Shown here in pieces: positions 54,118-64,000 of a stretch of 64,000 nucleotides of DNA. The DNA is from a virus: the IMG/VR virus record IMGVR_UViG_3300048997_000225, positions 1 to 64,000 of that record. One strand, 5' to 3'. A program made the position numbers and the translations under genes. The notes under the pieces were generated by a model that searched no databases, had not been told where the DNA came from, and saw only the letters and a program-made list of their open reading frames with translations. Position 1 is the stretch's first letter; every line of letters begins with the position of its first letter.

Positions 54118-57100
54118 CTAAAGTAAGACGTACCATATCTCGAGAGTATCATCGGTTTCCAATATTGGATTGGTCGTAGTTGCTATATAATTAAGTATTT
54201 GACCTGTGGGTCCTGTGATGGTGTAATCAGCCCCATAGGTCAATTTAATTCCACGCAAAAATGCCATAACAGTATTAGCTTGCAGAGGTCGTTCTGTTAA
54301 TGCAAAAGTCGTTTGTCCATTAACCGTAACAATAAGAACTTCCTGTTTAACTGAAGTTAAATTAATATCACTAGATCCAAAGAAAATAGGATCATCATAG
54401 ATGTTGTTTACAAACAAAGGAGGATCATTGAGTGGAGTATTGACTATGTCAACTTGCCCTTTACGTTTTTCAAGCGGTCTTCCCCAAATTCGGAATCTGT
54501 CAACTGCAGTAAATCCTTCATTGGTTCCATTGGCTGAATGAAGAACATCTGTATCTCGAAAATAAGCTGGGACTCCTTGAATCACAATTATCATTTGGAG
54601 TTCATTCCCAGAATGGACTTCAATAGATCCTATAAATTCTGGTTGTGATCGCACCAGATAAGCAGTGGCAGCAAGTACTGACCCGACTTCTGAATTGGGT
54701 CGAGCTTTTGGCATACGTGATGAAATGGCGCCACCAGGCCATGGATTTGTGGCTGACCAAGCTGCCCCACCACGTGCAGTCTTAAATCGAGTTATATCTG
54801 AAAAACTACCGGTGCCATCAATTTTAATAAGAGCTTCTCCGCCGACACCAACCGTGTTACTGGCTTGTCCACACACAAATTCGACTCCTTCCCAAGATGA
54901 GAATCCCGGGGGAGTCGGATTGGCTGAAGCCACGTAATCTGGAAAAAACATAGTTCCTACAGATATTGAGCCAACATTAGTGGAACTCCTTGTTTGATAT
55001 AAAGTTTTTCCAATAAAATCTTTGTCTCGGAGCCAAATTCCAAGAGGCAAATGCGAAATACATCCAGCAAATTCTGGATTAACATCGCGATCAAATACTT
55101 CTGATATTGCCCCGCGCCGCATTCCAGGACGAGCATTCAAAGATGCTGCTAAGACCGGAAACTTAGGAGTCGCCCAATCTTCAAATCCAACCCGGTTTAA
55201 TGAAAAACGTCGATTGAGATCTATTAATGTTCCTACGTAGTCATGGACTCCATCCGGATTCTGTTCAGGAGTCAGAAGTGGGATCGGATTCGATCCAGAG
55301 AATCGACCTGTTCCAAGTGAAGTCACAAAATTCATAGCTGCGAGTACTTCGAAGCCAGCTTTATTTGGCAGAGCTAAAGTATCGACCGATCCAAGTGGAT
55401 TCGCAGCAATGCTTTGTGCTTCAGATGGAGTTAATGGGCCAAGTCTTTGGACGTCGTCTGAATAAGCTGTCTGACTACCAAACACATCACCTTGATAAGG
55501 TTGCCGACTATAATAAACAGTAAGTTCATTATTAGTGGCATTTAAAGATAACGGAGCAGGAACTATTATTCCTATCTTATTATCAGCAGTATTAGTAAAT
55601 GTATTAATATTGCACGGAAGAGATCCTCCACCAGACGTTCGTGCTACAAGCACACGACCATTAGTCTGTAAGAAACCACGATCAAAACCAAATAAAGTGC
55701 ATTCAACTAAGAATTCGGAGTTATCCCAAGTTGTTCCGGTTGTTGCTTTGGAAAAATCTATGGCGTCTTTATTTAGAACGAATGATATATCACCATTAAT
55801 ATCTACATCAAGTAAAAATGTTGGACCGTCAAAAGTATCTTTTAATAGATTTACATCTGTCCCAATTCCTCCAACAAATACTCTATCAGAACTGAATGGA
55901 GAAGAAGCTGGAATAGTGGCAAATGGTGGTGATCCTGAAGTGTTACGTTTATATACACCAGTTATTCTGGCCGGACCATAAAATGGCGGGAATTGGATTC
56001 CTTCAAATGGACCTCCATCAATACTCCTGGCTTTAATATTGGAGTATTTGCGTCCGAACATTGAAGGCAAAGAACCTGTCCCATAGGTCTCGCCGACAAC
56101 CGGCGTTACGACATAATAACCGGCACCACTTGGATAACTTACTAAATTACGATTCCAATCAGAAGTATCGCTAGCTCCGAATGGACCTTCCTTGGCCATC
56201 AGTAAGAAGTTGATGCCCGAAGGGAATCTGGTTGTAGTAGCTGGGATAATCGGAGTATGATGGAATCCGGGCCTTGGAAGATATTCAACAGGAATTTCTA
56301 CATAACGAGCCAAAGCCCCGATATAAAACAATCCAAGAGGATCTACAGTGTCGTGAACAATATTAATTCCTTCTTGATCGGACTGTGGCATAGCCCCTTG
56401 AAATGTGACATCATCTATCCAGTTTAACTGGCTTCCATCACGGACCAATAATGATGGCACCAGCACATTGGAATAAGGCGCCACACATATGGTCTTAGAA
56501 CCGGGATCTACCATAACTTCAGACGTTATAGATAAATCTCGATTTTTGCCAGTTTGAACAAGTGGTGAATGCGGTAAATAAGTCGGAACCATTCTGTTGC
56601 GATCGGATAATCCTGATCGCAACATGATTTTGGATGAATTAGTCGGATCGCCACGATAGTGAACTGTATGGATATAATCAGGTTTATGTGATAAACCTCG
56701 GCCAGAACCGTATGTGACAGCAAATGATATATGCATTACTGTCTTATTAGCTAAGTCTTGTGTTATTGGAGTCGGAACCGCATCAGTAAACTCCTGGAAT
56801 AGACTATCCACAGCATCACTGGATAATTCTATCTCCATATTGCCATTCAAATCAAATGTAACTGTTAATCCGCTGCCATGCTTGAGAATCCGATATCCAC
56901 TTATTCCAACGCCAGCCGGATTAGTGGCTGAAGGCGATGTGGTAAATGGTTGAACTGACGGCTGACCACCATTAGGATCAGTAGTCATGCCTTCAAAATG
57001 GACCAATATTGCATCTGGATCTTCTTCCGGAGAGACAAATCGAACTTGATTCGAATCAGTTATAGGCAATCCAGCTTGGAACGAACCAATATTGACTCGG

Positions 57101-58758
57101 ATTTTATCCCCATTAAACCAGCGAGATACAGAACCACTTAATCTGAATCCAGGAGGATGAGCTGGCGCCGCGGTTATCCATTGCACATTTATAGTATATG
57201 GAGCAACCGCGATTTGTAAATTCGCATTTAGTGCAGTGGCATTGGACGGGACTTGAACCGGAACATTATAACGTTCTGTTATAACGGCATCAGACCAAGT
57301 CTTGCGATTACCGCTTGGTCCATCAAGTCTAGATAACCCTCCTACGAATATCGAGCCATCAGTAATCCTATCACCATAAAAAGTAACTACACCAGCTGAA
57401 TTGGTAGACCCATAACGTTTCCATGAAGTTCGAAGATTACCACGCAATAATTCTATGAGATTGGTTTTTAAAATAGATGAATAATCAAATTTATGAGCGA
57501 CTGAATGCCGCAGATCCATAATATCAGTTTTAGTTATTTGATCAGCATATAATCCATCAGGCCGAACAGTGTAAATATTGAGTGATGTGCCTGACGAATG
57601 AGCACGAATGATGGTTTGTAACTGACCTCTATCAAATGTCACAACAAACGCGGTGGGTCCTGTTTGTGTGATATTGTTGATTCGGATTATTTCATCATTG
57701 ATTTTGAAATATGCTTCACCGAAATCGACCATCCCATTAAGAATGGTGCCTGAAATACTGGTTAATGTGAATTGAACATCAGTTTCGGTGATATCATTCG
57801 GAAGTATAATCGAATTAATATAGATCCTGGAACCTGTACGATTGATAGCGATGCTATTTCGATTGAATGCACCAGCTAAATTCCCTATATCAGAAAACCC
57901 GGCACTATTCCTACGGAATATGGAACAAATCGGAATAGCATATACATAACCATCTACAGTTCCAAGTATAGATGGATCACCAGATCCAGATCTCCAAAGC
58001 CCGGGATCTCCTAATTCTTCTCTCATATTTTCGAAAACAAGAGAACTAGGAGTATTCAATGCTCCTTGCGCAAATACAAGAGTTGGATCAAATCCTTCTG
58101 GATACTGAGATATATTGATGTCAGAAACAACACGAATCCTATATTGAATTTGGATTCGTTTAGTAGTTTCAAAATTGACTTCCGGATCAATCAAGTCATC
58201 CGGTAAAAATGAAAAGCCGCTCTCGACATTACCATATTTATATACAAAGCCGCGTTGAGGTTTTCCCGGCGCGACGTTAGGAGGAGCCGGATCAACATCA
58301 ATTCGTTGTAACCAAACTTCGAGAAATATAAATTCTGCGCGATTCCCGCCTGTAGAAGTACTGGCGGGATTAAGAGCAATTTTATTCCAAGATACTGAAT
58401 TATTAGGAGAAAGTGGAGGTTCCCCGGTTCTAGTTCCAGCAACTGGAATGAGCCAACCGTTTACATTAGCCCATAACAAATCATGGACTTCGCCAGTAGT
58501 TTGGTTTCCGAAGAAGAATAAATTCGAATATGAAGGATCTGTATGATAGTCAGTAAGCGGCGATGATTCATTCATGAACCATCCCGAAGGGAATTGAGAA
58601 CGAACAATATCTGCTCGAGCTTCTAAATCGATTAGAGCTCCCAAATTCAGTTCGGAATCCAGCGGGGGCTTATTAGCTTCAAATAAGACAGCTCCGAACT
58701 GTCTATCTTTGCCGGTTATATATCGAGTCACACCGGCACCGAGAGGATTGGCAGCCAT
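54118..58758 (-). CDS. large virion structural protein (baseplate/tail-associated)
   Basis: 1546 aa; 'PLDSELN', 'FIFLEVW', 'YGNV', 'DDLIDP', 'QIQYRIRV', 'TVDGYVYAIP', 'RPDGLY'. Confidence 0.7.
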   Translation of the reverse strand: MAANPLGAGVTRYITGKDRQFGAVLFEANKPPLDSELNLGALIDLEARADIVRSQFPSGWFMNESSPLTDYHTDPSYSNLFFFGNQTTGEVHDLLWANVNGWLIPVAGTRTGEPPLSPNNSVSWNKIALNPASTSTGGNRAEFIFLEVWLQRIDVDPAPPNVAPGKPQRGFVYKYGNVESGFSFLPDDLIDPEVNFETTKRIQIQYRIRVVSDINISQYPEGFDPTLVFAQGALNTPSSLVFENMREELGDPGLWRSGSGDPSILGTVDGYVYAIPICSIFRRNSAGFSDIGNLAGAFNRNSIAINRTGSRIYINSIILPNDITETDVQFTLTSISGTILNGMVDFGEAYFKINDEIIRINNITQTGPTAFVVTFDRGQLQTIIRAHSSGTSLNIYTVRPDGLYADQITKTDIMDLRHSVAHKFDYSSILKTNLIELLRGNLRTSWKRYGSTNSAGVVTFYGDRITDGSIFVGGLSRLDGPSGNRKTWSDAVITERYNVPVQVPSNATALNANLQIAVAPYTINVQWITAAPAHPPGFRLSGSVSRWFNGDKIRVNIGSFQAGLPITDSNQVRFVSPEEDPDAILVHFEGMTTDPNGGQPSVQPFTTSPSATNPAGVGISGYRILKHGSGLTVTFDLNGNMEIELSSDAVDSLFQEFTDAVPTPITQDLANKTVMHISFAVTYGSGRGLSHKPDYIHTVHYRGDPTNSSKIMLRSGLSDRNRMVPTYLPHSPLVQTGKNRDLSITSEVMVDPGSKTICVAPYSNVLVPSLLVRDGSQLNWIDDVTFQGAMPQSDQEGINIVHDTVDPLGLFYIGALARYVEIPVEYLPRPGFHHTPIIPATTTRFPSGINFLLMAKEGPFGASDTSDWNRNLVSYPSGAGYYVVTPVVGETYGTGSLPSMFGRKYSNIKARSIDGGPFEGIQFPPFYGPARITGVYKRNTSGSPPFATIPASSPFSSDRVFVGGIGTDVNLLKDTFDGPTFLLDVDINGDISFVLNKDAIDFSKATTGTTWDNSEFLVECTLFGFDRGFLQTNGRVLVARTSGGGSLPCNINTFTNTADNKIGIIVPAPLSLNATNNELTVYYSRQPYQGDVFGSQTAYSDDVQRLGPLTPSEAQSIAANPLGSVDTLALPNKAGFEVLAAMNFVTSLGTGRFSGSNPIPLLTPEQNPDGVHDYVGTLIDLNRRFSLNRVGFEDWATPKFPVLAASLNARPGMRRGAISEVFDRDVNPEFAGCISHLPLGIWLRDKDFIGKTLYQTRSSTNVGSISVGTMFFPDYVASANPTPPGFSSWEGVEFVCGQASNTVGVGGEALIKIDGTGSFSDITRFKTARGGAAWSATNPWPGGAISSRMPKARPNSEVGSVLAATAYLVRSQPEFIGSIEVHSGNELQMIIVIQGVPAYFRDTDVLHSANGTNEGFTAVDRFRIWGRPLEKRKGQVDIVNTPLNDPPLFVNNIYDDPIFFGSSDINLTSVKQEVLIVTVNGQTTFALTERPLQANTVMAFLRGIKLTYGADYTITGPTGQILNYIATTTNPILETDDTLEIWYVLL

Positions 58759-58803
58759 TATTTAATCCTTGTCTCTATCATAAGGATAATCTGAAGATTA
58801 TCA

Positions 58804-59448
58804 TTAATCATGTAACCAAATCCAATCCGATAAAAAGTAGGTTTTATCTGAACTCGAATTAGTGAATCTTAATCTATAATTGGCTGCAGATAATGATACT
58901 GATTGTTCAATATCTGGGTTAACGGTAGCAATAGTACTCGAATTGGCTGAATTTCGAATAGCTACGATAAAAGCACTAGTTGGAAATTCTGAGAAATTAG
59001 TTAGTCCGATGTCATAATTATATAATACACGACTTGGATCGGGTTGACTGTTGTTCGGACCAGGATCTGAATAAATAGTGAATCCATACCAATGGATAAA
59101 GACTTTGGTGGCCGGAGATGTTAAATTAATTACATTGGTAACAATGGATCCACCAGGCAGTATTGCCGTGCGTTTTTCTTGACCAATGCTATATCGAGAA
59201 GATTGAGCAGTATCAACATTAGGTGAAGTGATTAACTCGTCGTGATGTTCATGGATTAATGCAGGATGCAATGCTTTATAAGCAGCAACTTTGGCTGTTA
59301 TTAAATCCGGCACATAATTGGAAAGTGGTTTAATTCCTAGCGATGTTGGAATGTCAACAATATATTTTCCAGATATAGAAAAATCCAAAGGGAAATCAAA
59401 AGTTCCGTTAATCACTCCAGTTGTTCTATCAACAAGCGCCTTAGACAT
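58804..59448 (-). CDS. virion structural protein (putative)
   Basis: Within the structural operon; ATG 59448 after GGAG. Confidence 0.6.
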   Translation of the reverse strand: MSKALVDRTTGVINGTFDFPLDFSISGKYIVDIPTSLGIKPLSNYVPDLITAKVAAYKALHPALIHEHHDELITSPNVDTAQSSRYSIGQEKRTAILPGGSIVTNVINLTSPATKVFIHWYGFTIYSDPGPNNSQPDPSRVLYNYDIGLTNFSEFPTSAFIVAIRNSANSSTIATVNPDIEQSVSLSAANYRLRFTNSSSDKTYFLSDWIWLHD

Positions 59449-59481
59449 TATTATCTCCAACCGACGCATTTATATGACGCA

Positions 59482-62085
59482 TTAATAATCTGGTCTCCTC
59501 GGATTTATCATACCACCTTTGATCCTATATACTGAAGCACCAGAGTTCCCTGGAGAAGAACTTAATTCAATACTATTGGCAGGATCAAAGTCGGACCATG
59601 ATATAAAAACTACTAGAATTAATGTACCTTTTTTACCAATACTAAGGAAGTCATCTTTAAGCTCCATGAGCACTGGCAACGCCACTTTATGGCGTTGCCC
59701 ATTGAGCAAAGGTTGAGCATGCGATGCTGGGCTCCGAACTCCCGAACCATTATTGGATTTCGGCCAAAAATTTCTACCTTCAGCATCAGTAACAGTATCT
59801 GGAGCTCCTCGATATAGAGTGACTTCAGCAGGATTAGGCATATATGGAACTAAAGCTGGTAACTGGACAAATCCTGTATCTGAACTAAAATTATTTAAAT
59901 TCAATAAAGCAGGCCCGTCCAAAACTGATTCCGGAAAATCAATAGTTGGTAATGATGGGACGGCTAATTGTGCACTTCCCATTGCAAATGGGATAGTATC
60001 ATCAGGACAACCTGATCCGCCTGTTAAAACATAAAGTTGTTTAGAAATTACTTTTGGAATCAAATTTAGAGTTTGATTCCCTGAAGGAGGTCGTAAAGAT
60101 TGGACTGCTCTGGATTTATAGAATATATTATATGAGTCCGAAGGCGGCGATGATGTTGGTTCAGCTGGCCTATATGCTGTATATGACACTGATACGGAAG
60201 TATTGGCAGATATTGGAGTTGCTCCCGTTAACTGCACAATAGTCATAGACGTATTGAACGTATAATTGGTAGTTGTATACGGGGAATTAATCCCATCAGT
60301 GATAGTGATGGGTCCAGTTAATCGTTCTCTTATCAATAATCGATCAATAGCTATTGTATAATATGTATCAGTTTGACTAGTTGTTATTAAACGAAGTGCA
60401 AATTCTCGGTGACCAATATTAGTCCACCAGTTCGGATCGCGCGGTAGTGATTTCCTGTTGACATCTGAAGTAGTTGTCCACGCAGTAGTATCAACCCATG
60501 CTGCTAATCCAGCAGCAGGCCCCCATACATCATAATCATTAACTATGTTCCTGGTTAAACCTACTCCGCGCGGATATTCAATTAATAATTCTACATAAAT
60601 TACGGTATTAGCTGTAGTAGTGTTGAACGTAATATCTACTTTATCGATATTAGGGCCACTAAAAACAGAGTAACTAATACTATTAATTTTAATAGGGTTG
60701 GAGTTATCGAACATGTCACGGTCGGTATTCCCCGAACTGTCGACAATTCTGACCGCGTTGACCGACGCAATGCACGCATCAGACAATGATACTAAATTGA
60801 CAGGACTAACTCTCCAAGGAAGCTTTAACGAGTTTAGGTTAATAGAAATAGAACTGACCGGCAATCCACCGATAGTCACTGCAGTGACTATCGTTTCGGT
60901 TATGCTGCGATCGCTGAAATATTTCCGAACTCCATCTGGATTTCCAGCATGAGTACCCAGTCCGATATCATCTTTATATAAGAATCCAGTCCCTGCAGTT
61001 CCTAAATTGGATAATTCAAATTGAGTTGTGAGTGAATTATCCAAGACTTGTTGAAATGCTTTATCTAAAATTTCATCTAGGAACTGAGCACGACCTTTTC
61101 GCAAATCACGAACATCATCCGAGACAATTTGATCAACATATAGTCCATCAGGACGAGTGGGAGTCCCAGAACTTATGATTGATCCCCCATTCATATTAGA
61201 GGATCTTTGGAACGTAGATAGATTGCGTCTATAGACTGCACAAACCGGGACAGAATACATATATCCATCTACTGTTCCAAGCGCAGTAGCACTTGTTGAG
61301 TCACCAGAACCGGCTCTCCAAAGTGATTTATCATTGGGAACAGTTGAATATGTATATAGAGTTGGAGTCCCATCAGCTCCAGGACCTGAAAAATTGGAAA
61401 CAGAATTGGCAACCACGGACGGGTCATCCAATCCGTCCGGATATGATGCTAGATTAACATTCGGAATGACACGCAGTCGATATTGGATTTGGACTCGAGC
61501 TGATGATTCGCTGAGAAAATTGGGATCTATCAAATCATCGGTTAAATTCACTCCGTCAGGAGCTTTTACATTCCCGAATCGACAGATAAGTCCACTTGTA
61601 CTCTTATTATCTACGCTCGGGAGAGCTCTCACTAAAGCTCTCCAAACTTCTAAGATTACAAAATCAATTCTAGTTCCAGATGCTGGCGGATTGGTCAGTA
61701 TTATATCATTGAATCCGACCGAAGTAGTATCTGAATACTCCACTCGAACATTCCATCCATTGATGGATGCATTACAAGCTTTGAGACGGAGTTTGTTCTC
61801 GTTACCAACTGTCGCCGCTAGAAATGCATACGAACCGGTTACGTCTGCATGCTCAAGGAAATCACCATCAAGAAAACATGATGGGAGTAATCTCTGAGCA
61901 TTTAATCGGAACCCTTGGTCATTATCAATATCTGTCCGAAGATTCATTTCCCAATCGATGATCGGGATGTTATCCTGAATAATTAATGATTCATATGATT
62001 TATCTTCACTTGCGAATTGCCCACCAGCACTTGTATCATGCGGGTTCTGACTGACCGAAATTCCGTAATCTTTGAATCCAGACAT
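59482..62085 (-). CDS. virion structural protein, paralog of the N-terminal part of 54118..58758
   Basis: 'FVILEVW', 'FGNV', 'DDLIDP', 'QIQYRLRV', 'TVDGYMYSVP', 'RPDGLY'. Confidence 0.72.
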   Translation of the reverse strand: MSGFKDYGISVSQNPHDTSAGGQFASEDKSYESLIIQDNIPIIDWEMNLRTDIDNDQGFRLNAQRLLPSCFLDGDFLEHADVTGSYAFLAATVGNENKLRLKACNASINGWNVRVEYSDTTSVGFNDIILTNPPASGTRIDFVILEVWRALVRALPSVDNKSTSGLICRFGNVKAPDGVNLTDDLIDPNFLSESSARVQIQYRLRVIPNVNLASYPDGLDDPSVVANSVSNFSGPGADGTPTLYTYSTVPNDKSLWRAGSGDSTSATALGTVDGYMYSVPVCAVYRRNLSTFQRSSNMNGGSIISSGTPTRPDGLYVDQIVSDDVRDLRKGRAQFLDEILDKAFQQVLDNSLTTQFELSNLGTAGTGFLYKDDIGLGTHAGNPDGVRKYFSDRSITETIVTAVTIGGLPVSSISINLNSLKLPWRVSPVNLVSLSDACIASVNAVRIVDSSGNTDRDMFDNSNPIKINSISYSVFSGPNIDKVDITFNTTTANTVIYVELLIEYPRGVGLTRNIVNDYDVWGPAAGLAAWVDTTAWTTTSDVNRKSLPRDPNWWTNIGHREFALRLITTSQTDTYYTIAIDRLLIRERLTGPITITDGINSPYTTTNYTFNTSMTIVQLTGATPISANTSVSVSYTAYRPAEPTSSPPSDSYNIFYKSRAVQSLRPPSGNQTLNLIPKVISKQLYVLTGGSGCPDDTIPFAMGSAQLAVPSLPTIDFPESVLDGPALLNLNNFSSDTGFVQLPALVPYMPNPAEVTLYRGAPDTVTDAEGRNFWPKSNNGSGVRSPASHAQPLLNGQRHKVALPVLMELKDDFLSIGKKGTLILVVFISWSDFDPANSIELSSSPGNSGASVYRIKGGMINPRRPDY

Positions 62086-62195
62086 TTCAAAATTCCGAAC
62101 AAATCGTATATATATTTAACATAATAGGTTGATTCATATAAAAAATCATACCAATACAGTTATTATTCCAATGAAGATTGTATTATCAGATACTT

Positions 62196-62879
62196 TCAAT
62201 ATGTAAGTCGCCACGTCCAAGAGAGAGAGCTCGTAGCTGGCTTATTGATTACTGGAAAGGTTAAATAATTAATAAGCATATCCAATCCCACTAAATCAAC
62301 CGTTGGATCATATATTCCATTGGCAGGCAATACAGGATTTCTGATAGCCATATTAGTATCCACATCTCCACCTAACAAACCCATTTCTGTGAGAGGACCA
62401 ACGGCTTCAGATTCAGCAAATATTGTAGTAAAGTCAACAATATTTGTAGGGATTCCGCTGACCGCTCCAGCACTAGTAATGAAGTTCGAAGAAGCAATTT
62501 GCTTCCGGGCGAGTTCATTATATAATGAACGCTGTGATATAGTAGCTATCGGTGGATTCATTGGATCCCATCCAATATCACCAGTCCCAACGGCCAATAC
62601 GAATACACCAAATTTTGATTCGGAAACGTTTGGGGTTGGAGGGCTCTTCATAAGCCTCGCTACTAATATACTAGCATCTAGTGTAACAATATTTGAATAA
62701 TGCCCGCTATCTTGCAATGCTCCGGTCTTCCCATCGCGGAGTTCCCAAAAAATTTCACCTGAATATGGAATTAATCTATCTTGATGATGTCCATTGAATC
62801 CCATGGACATCGATGGTTTTCGAATCCCATCATTTGCTTTATTTAATCGTTCTTTCCCACTTGGCATATTCATATCCAT
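62196..62879 (-). CDS. baseplate / tail-collar-type structural protein
   Basis: 'LAVGTG', 'LYNELARK', 'EAVGPLTEMGLLGG', 'FPVINKP...WRLTY'. Confidence 0.7.
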   Translation of the reverse strand: MDMNMPSGKERLNKANDGIRKPSMSMGFNGHHQDRLIPYSGEIFWELRDGKTGALQDSGHYSNIVTLDASILVARLMKSPPTPNVSESKFGVFVLAVGTGDIGWDPMNPPIATISQRSLYNELARKQIASSNFITSAGAVSGIPTNIVDFTTIFAESEAVGPLTEMGLLGGDVDTNMAIRNPVLPANGIYDPTVDLVGLDMLINYLTFPVINKPATSSLSWTWRLTY

Positions 62880-62884
62880 ATCTT

Positions 62885-62912
62885 ACCAATCAATGATCCA
62901 TTATTGATTGGT
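62885..62912. terminator. 10-bp inverted repeat between structural genes
   Basis: ACCAATCAAT-GATCCATT-ATTGATTGGT. Confidence 0.5.
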
Positions 62913-62918
62913 TGAAAA

Positions 62919-63359
62919 TTAAGTGATTCGAATAATTACTGTTGGACCTGGTGGTGTAGTCTGAATTAACGTAGCAATAGCTATATATTCTTTAGGTTGA
63001 GTCCTGTGTAGTGAATTATTAGTCCGAGACGTCCCAGTCGGACCACATCGAAAAACTCGACTCGATTGCTCTTGAGGACGAAAATATCTATCGCTAGCAA
63101 TAGTCGAAACTTCAATTAATACTATATCAATTTCGTTGATTGAACTTGGAGCAAGCAACGATGGAGAAAAAAATATCCCACCATTAAATCTGGCTAATGG
63201 CCCGCTAGTTGGTTCACCTGTAAATCGTTGCAAATCCGATCGGCCAAGAGGAACTCCAAGAGGTATTGGATATATCGGGGAAGGAGGTGGGGCCGGGTGA
63301 GGTCCGGGACCTCCCCAAATAATACTCCAACTTCTACCCCATCCACCACGGCTTGGCAT
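62919..63359 (-). CDS. hypothetical virion protein (Gly/Trp/Pro-rich N-terminus)
   Basis: 'GGWGRSWSIIWGG'; AGGA SD. Confidence 0.6.
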   Translation of the reverse strand: MPSRGGWGRSWSIIWGGPGPHPAPPPSPIYPIPLGVPLGRSDLQRFTGEPTSGPLARFNGGIFFSPSLLAPSSINEIDIVLIEVSTIASDRYFRPQEQSSRVFRCGPTGTSRTNNSLHRTQPKEYIAIATLIQTTPPGPTVIIRIT

Positions 63360-63367
63360 TCTATTCC

Positions 63368-64000
63368 TTAATTGTCAATAACAAGGCGGAAGGAATTAGT
63401 TAGATTATCTCGAACTAAACGATATGTGTGGAATTGACCGTCTGTCCATTCAAATGGTGCTCTGAATACCGGGACATTTGCGTTAACATCTTGAATTTTT
63501 ACATATGGTATCCCACTCAACGTATCGAAACCGATCGCTGCTGCAGCGCCAATGCCAGCGTTACTTAGCAATCCAACATAAATACCGGTATCAATATTAG
63601 GACCTGCGGTGAATTGATTCACTCGCATCGTCACTCGCATTTCAAATTTAAGTGATGGCGTGTCCGGTAGTCCGGTAGCTAATCTATATGCTGTTTGGAC
63701 GCCTGGCGCGGAAGTCCCGTATCTGAAAGCTGAAATAGGACCTTCAGTAATTAATGATTCAGTAACAGTTCCGAGTCCATTATTGTAAATAGTCCATCCA
63801 TTATTTTGGACAGGTGATGGATCTTCAGCATTCACAATATTGTGAATATCGGCCAATGGATGGAATTCGGCTGACGCTTCATGTGCTGTCAACTTTAAAC
63901 GAAGTTCAACCGCCAAAGACGTCGCGGTTTTAATTTCGGTAGGAATATTAACTACTGATTTATCTAGAGTATCATTGATGGTGTGGATTCCTAACGCAAC
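63368..64000 (-). CDS. partial virion protein, C-terminal beta-sandwich (lectin/LamG-like)
   Basis: Frame open to the window edge (VALGIHTINDTLDK...); 'WTDGQFHTYRLVR'. Confidence 0.6.
   Translation of the reverse strand, partial: VALGIHTINDTLDKSVVNIPTEIKTATSLAVELRLKLTAHEASAEFHPLADIHNIVNAEDPSPVQNNGWTIYNNGLGTVTESLITEGPISAFRYGTSAPGVQTAYRLATGLPDTPSLKFEMRVTMRVNQFTAGPNIDTGIYVGLLSNAGIGAAAAIGFDTLSGIPYVKIQDVNANVPVFRAPFEWTDGQFHTYRLVRDNLTNSFRLVIDN

Noticed and set aside
1-64000. Genome-wide stop-codon reassignment
   Set aside because: Conserved genes are intact in the standard code and terminate at expected positions with TAA, TGA and TAG.
1-64000. CRISPR array, rRNA, reverse transcriptase/DGR, transposase
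   Set aside because: No regularly spaced repeats, rRNA-like sequence, RT motifs with TR/VR pairs, or transposase motifs seen.

Overview
This window is a gene-dense, AT-rich (by eye roughly 35-40% GC, not computed) 64-kb segment of a large, jumbo-type tailed dsDNA phage. The left part (1-34 kb, mostly + strand) holds regulatory and accessory genes: three sigma-70-family factors, PyrE, an RRM RNA-binding protein, a tRNA whose canonical anticodon reads UUA (ochre-suppressor type), a BCS1-like AAA ATPase, a recombination module (RuvB, RuvC, RecA, putative SSB and mediator, half Rad50/SbcC, RuvA-CTD fusion), a ferritin-like protein, an HD nucleotidase, MazG and a nitrilase-family enzyme. The middle (33.5-47.5 kb, mostly - strand) is the replication block: dCTP deaminase, ThyX-like protein, family A DNA polymerase preceded by a Zn-ribbon-repeat endonuclease, DnaJ, primase Zn-finger, intein-containing DnaB, degenerate loader and SNF2 helicase. 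The right part (47.5-64 kb, - strand) has envelope proteins, a myxobacteria-style Cys-rich lipoprotein and large virion tail/baseplate proteins. The best candidate for an undescribed system is the BCS1-like ATPase followed by seven small membrane proteins from two unrelated paralog families that all end in the same C-terminal motif (consensus [IL][IV]x[DE][VI]M[DE]S-stop), with a C39 peptidase in the same cluster. Other leads are the ochre tRNA with in-frame TAA junctions, a 26-bp direct repeat duplicating the polA 5' end around the endonuclease, a RuvA-CTD fusion protein and covarying long palindromes. All product calls come from motif recognition by eye; no searches were run.
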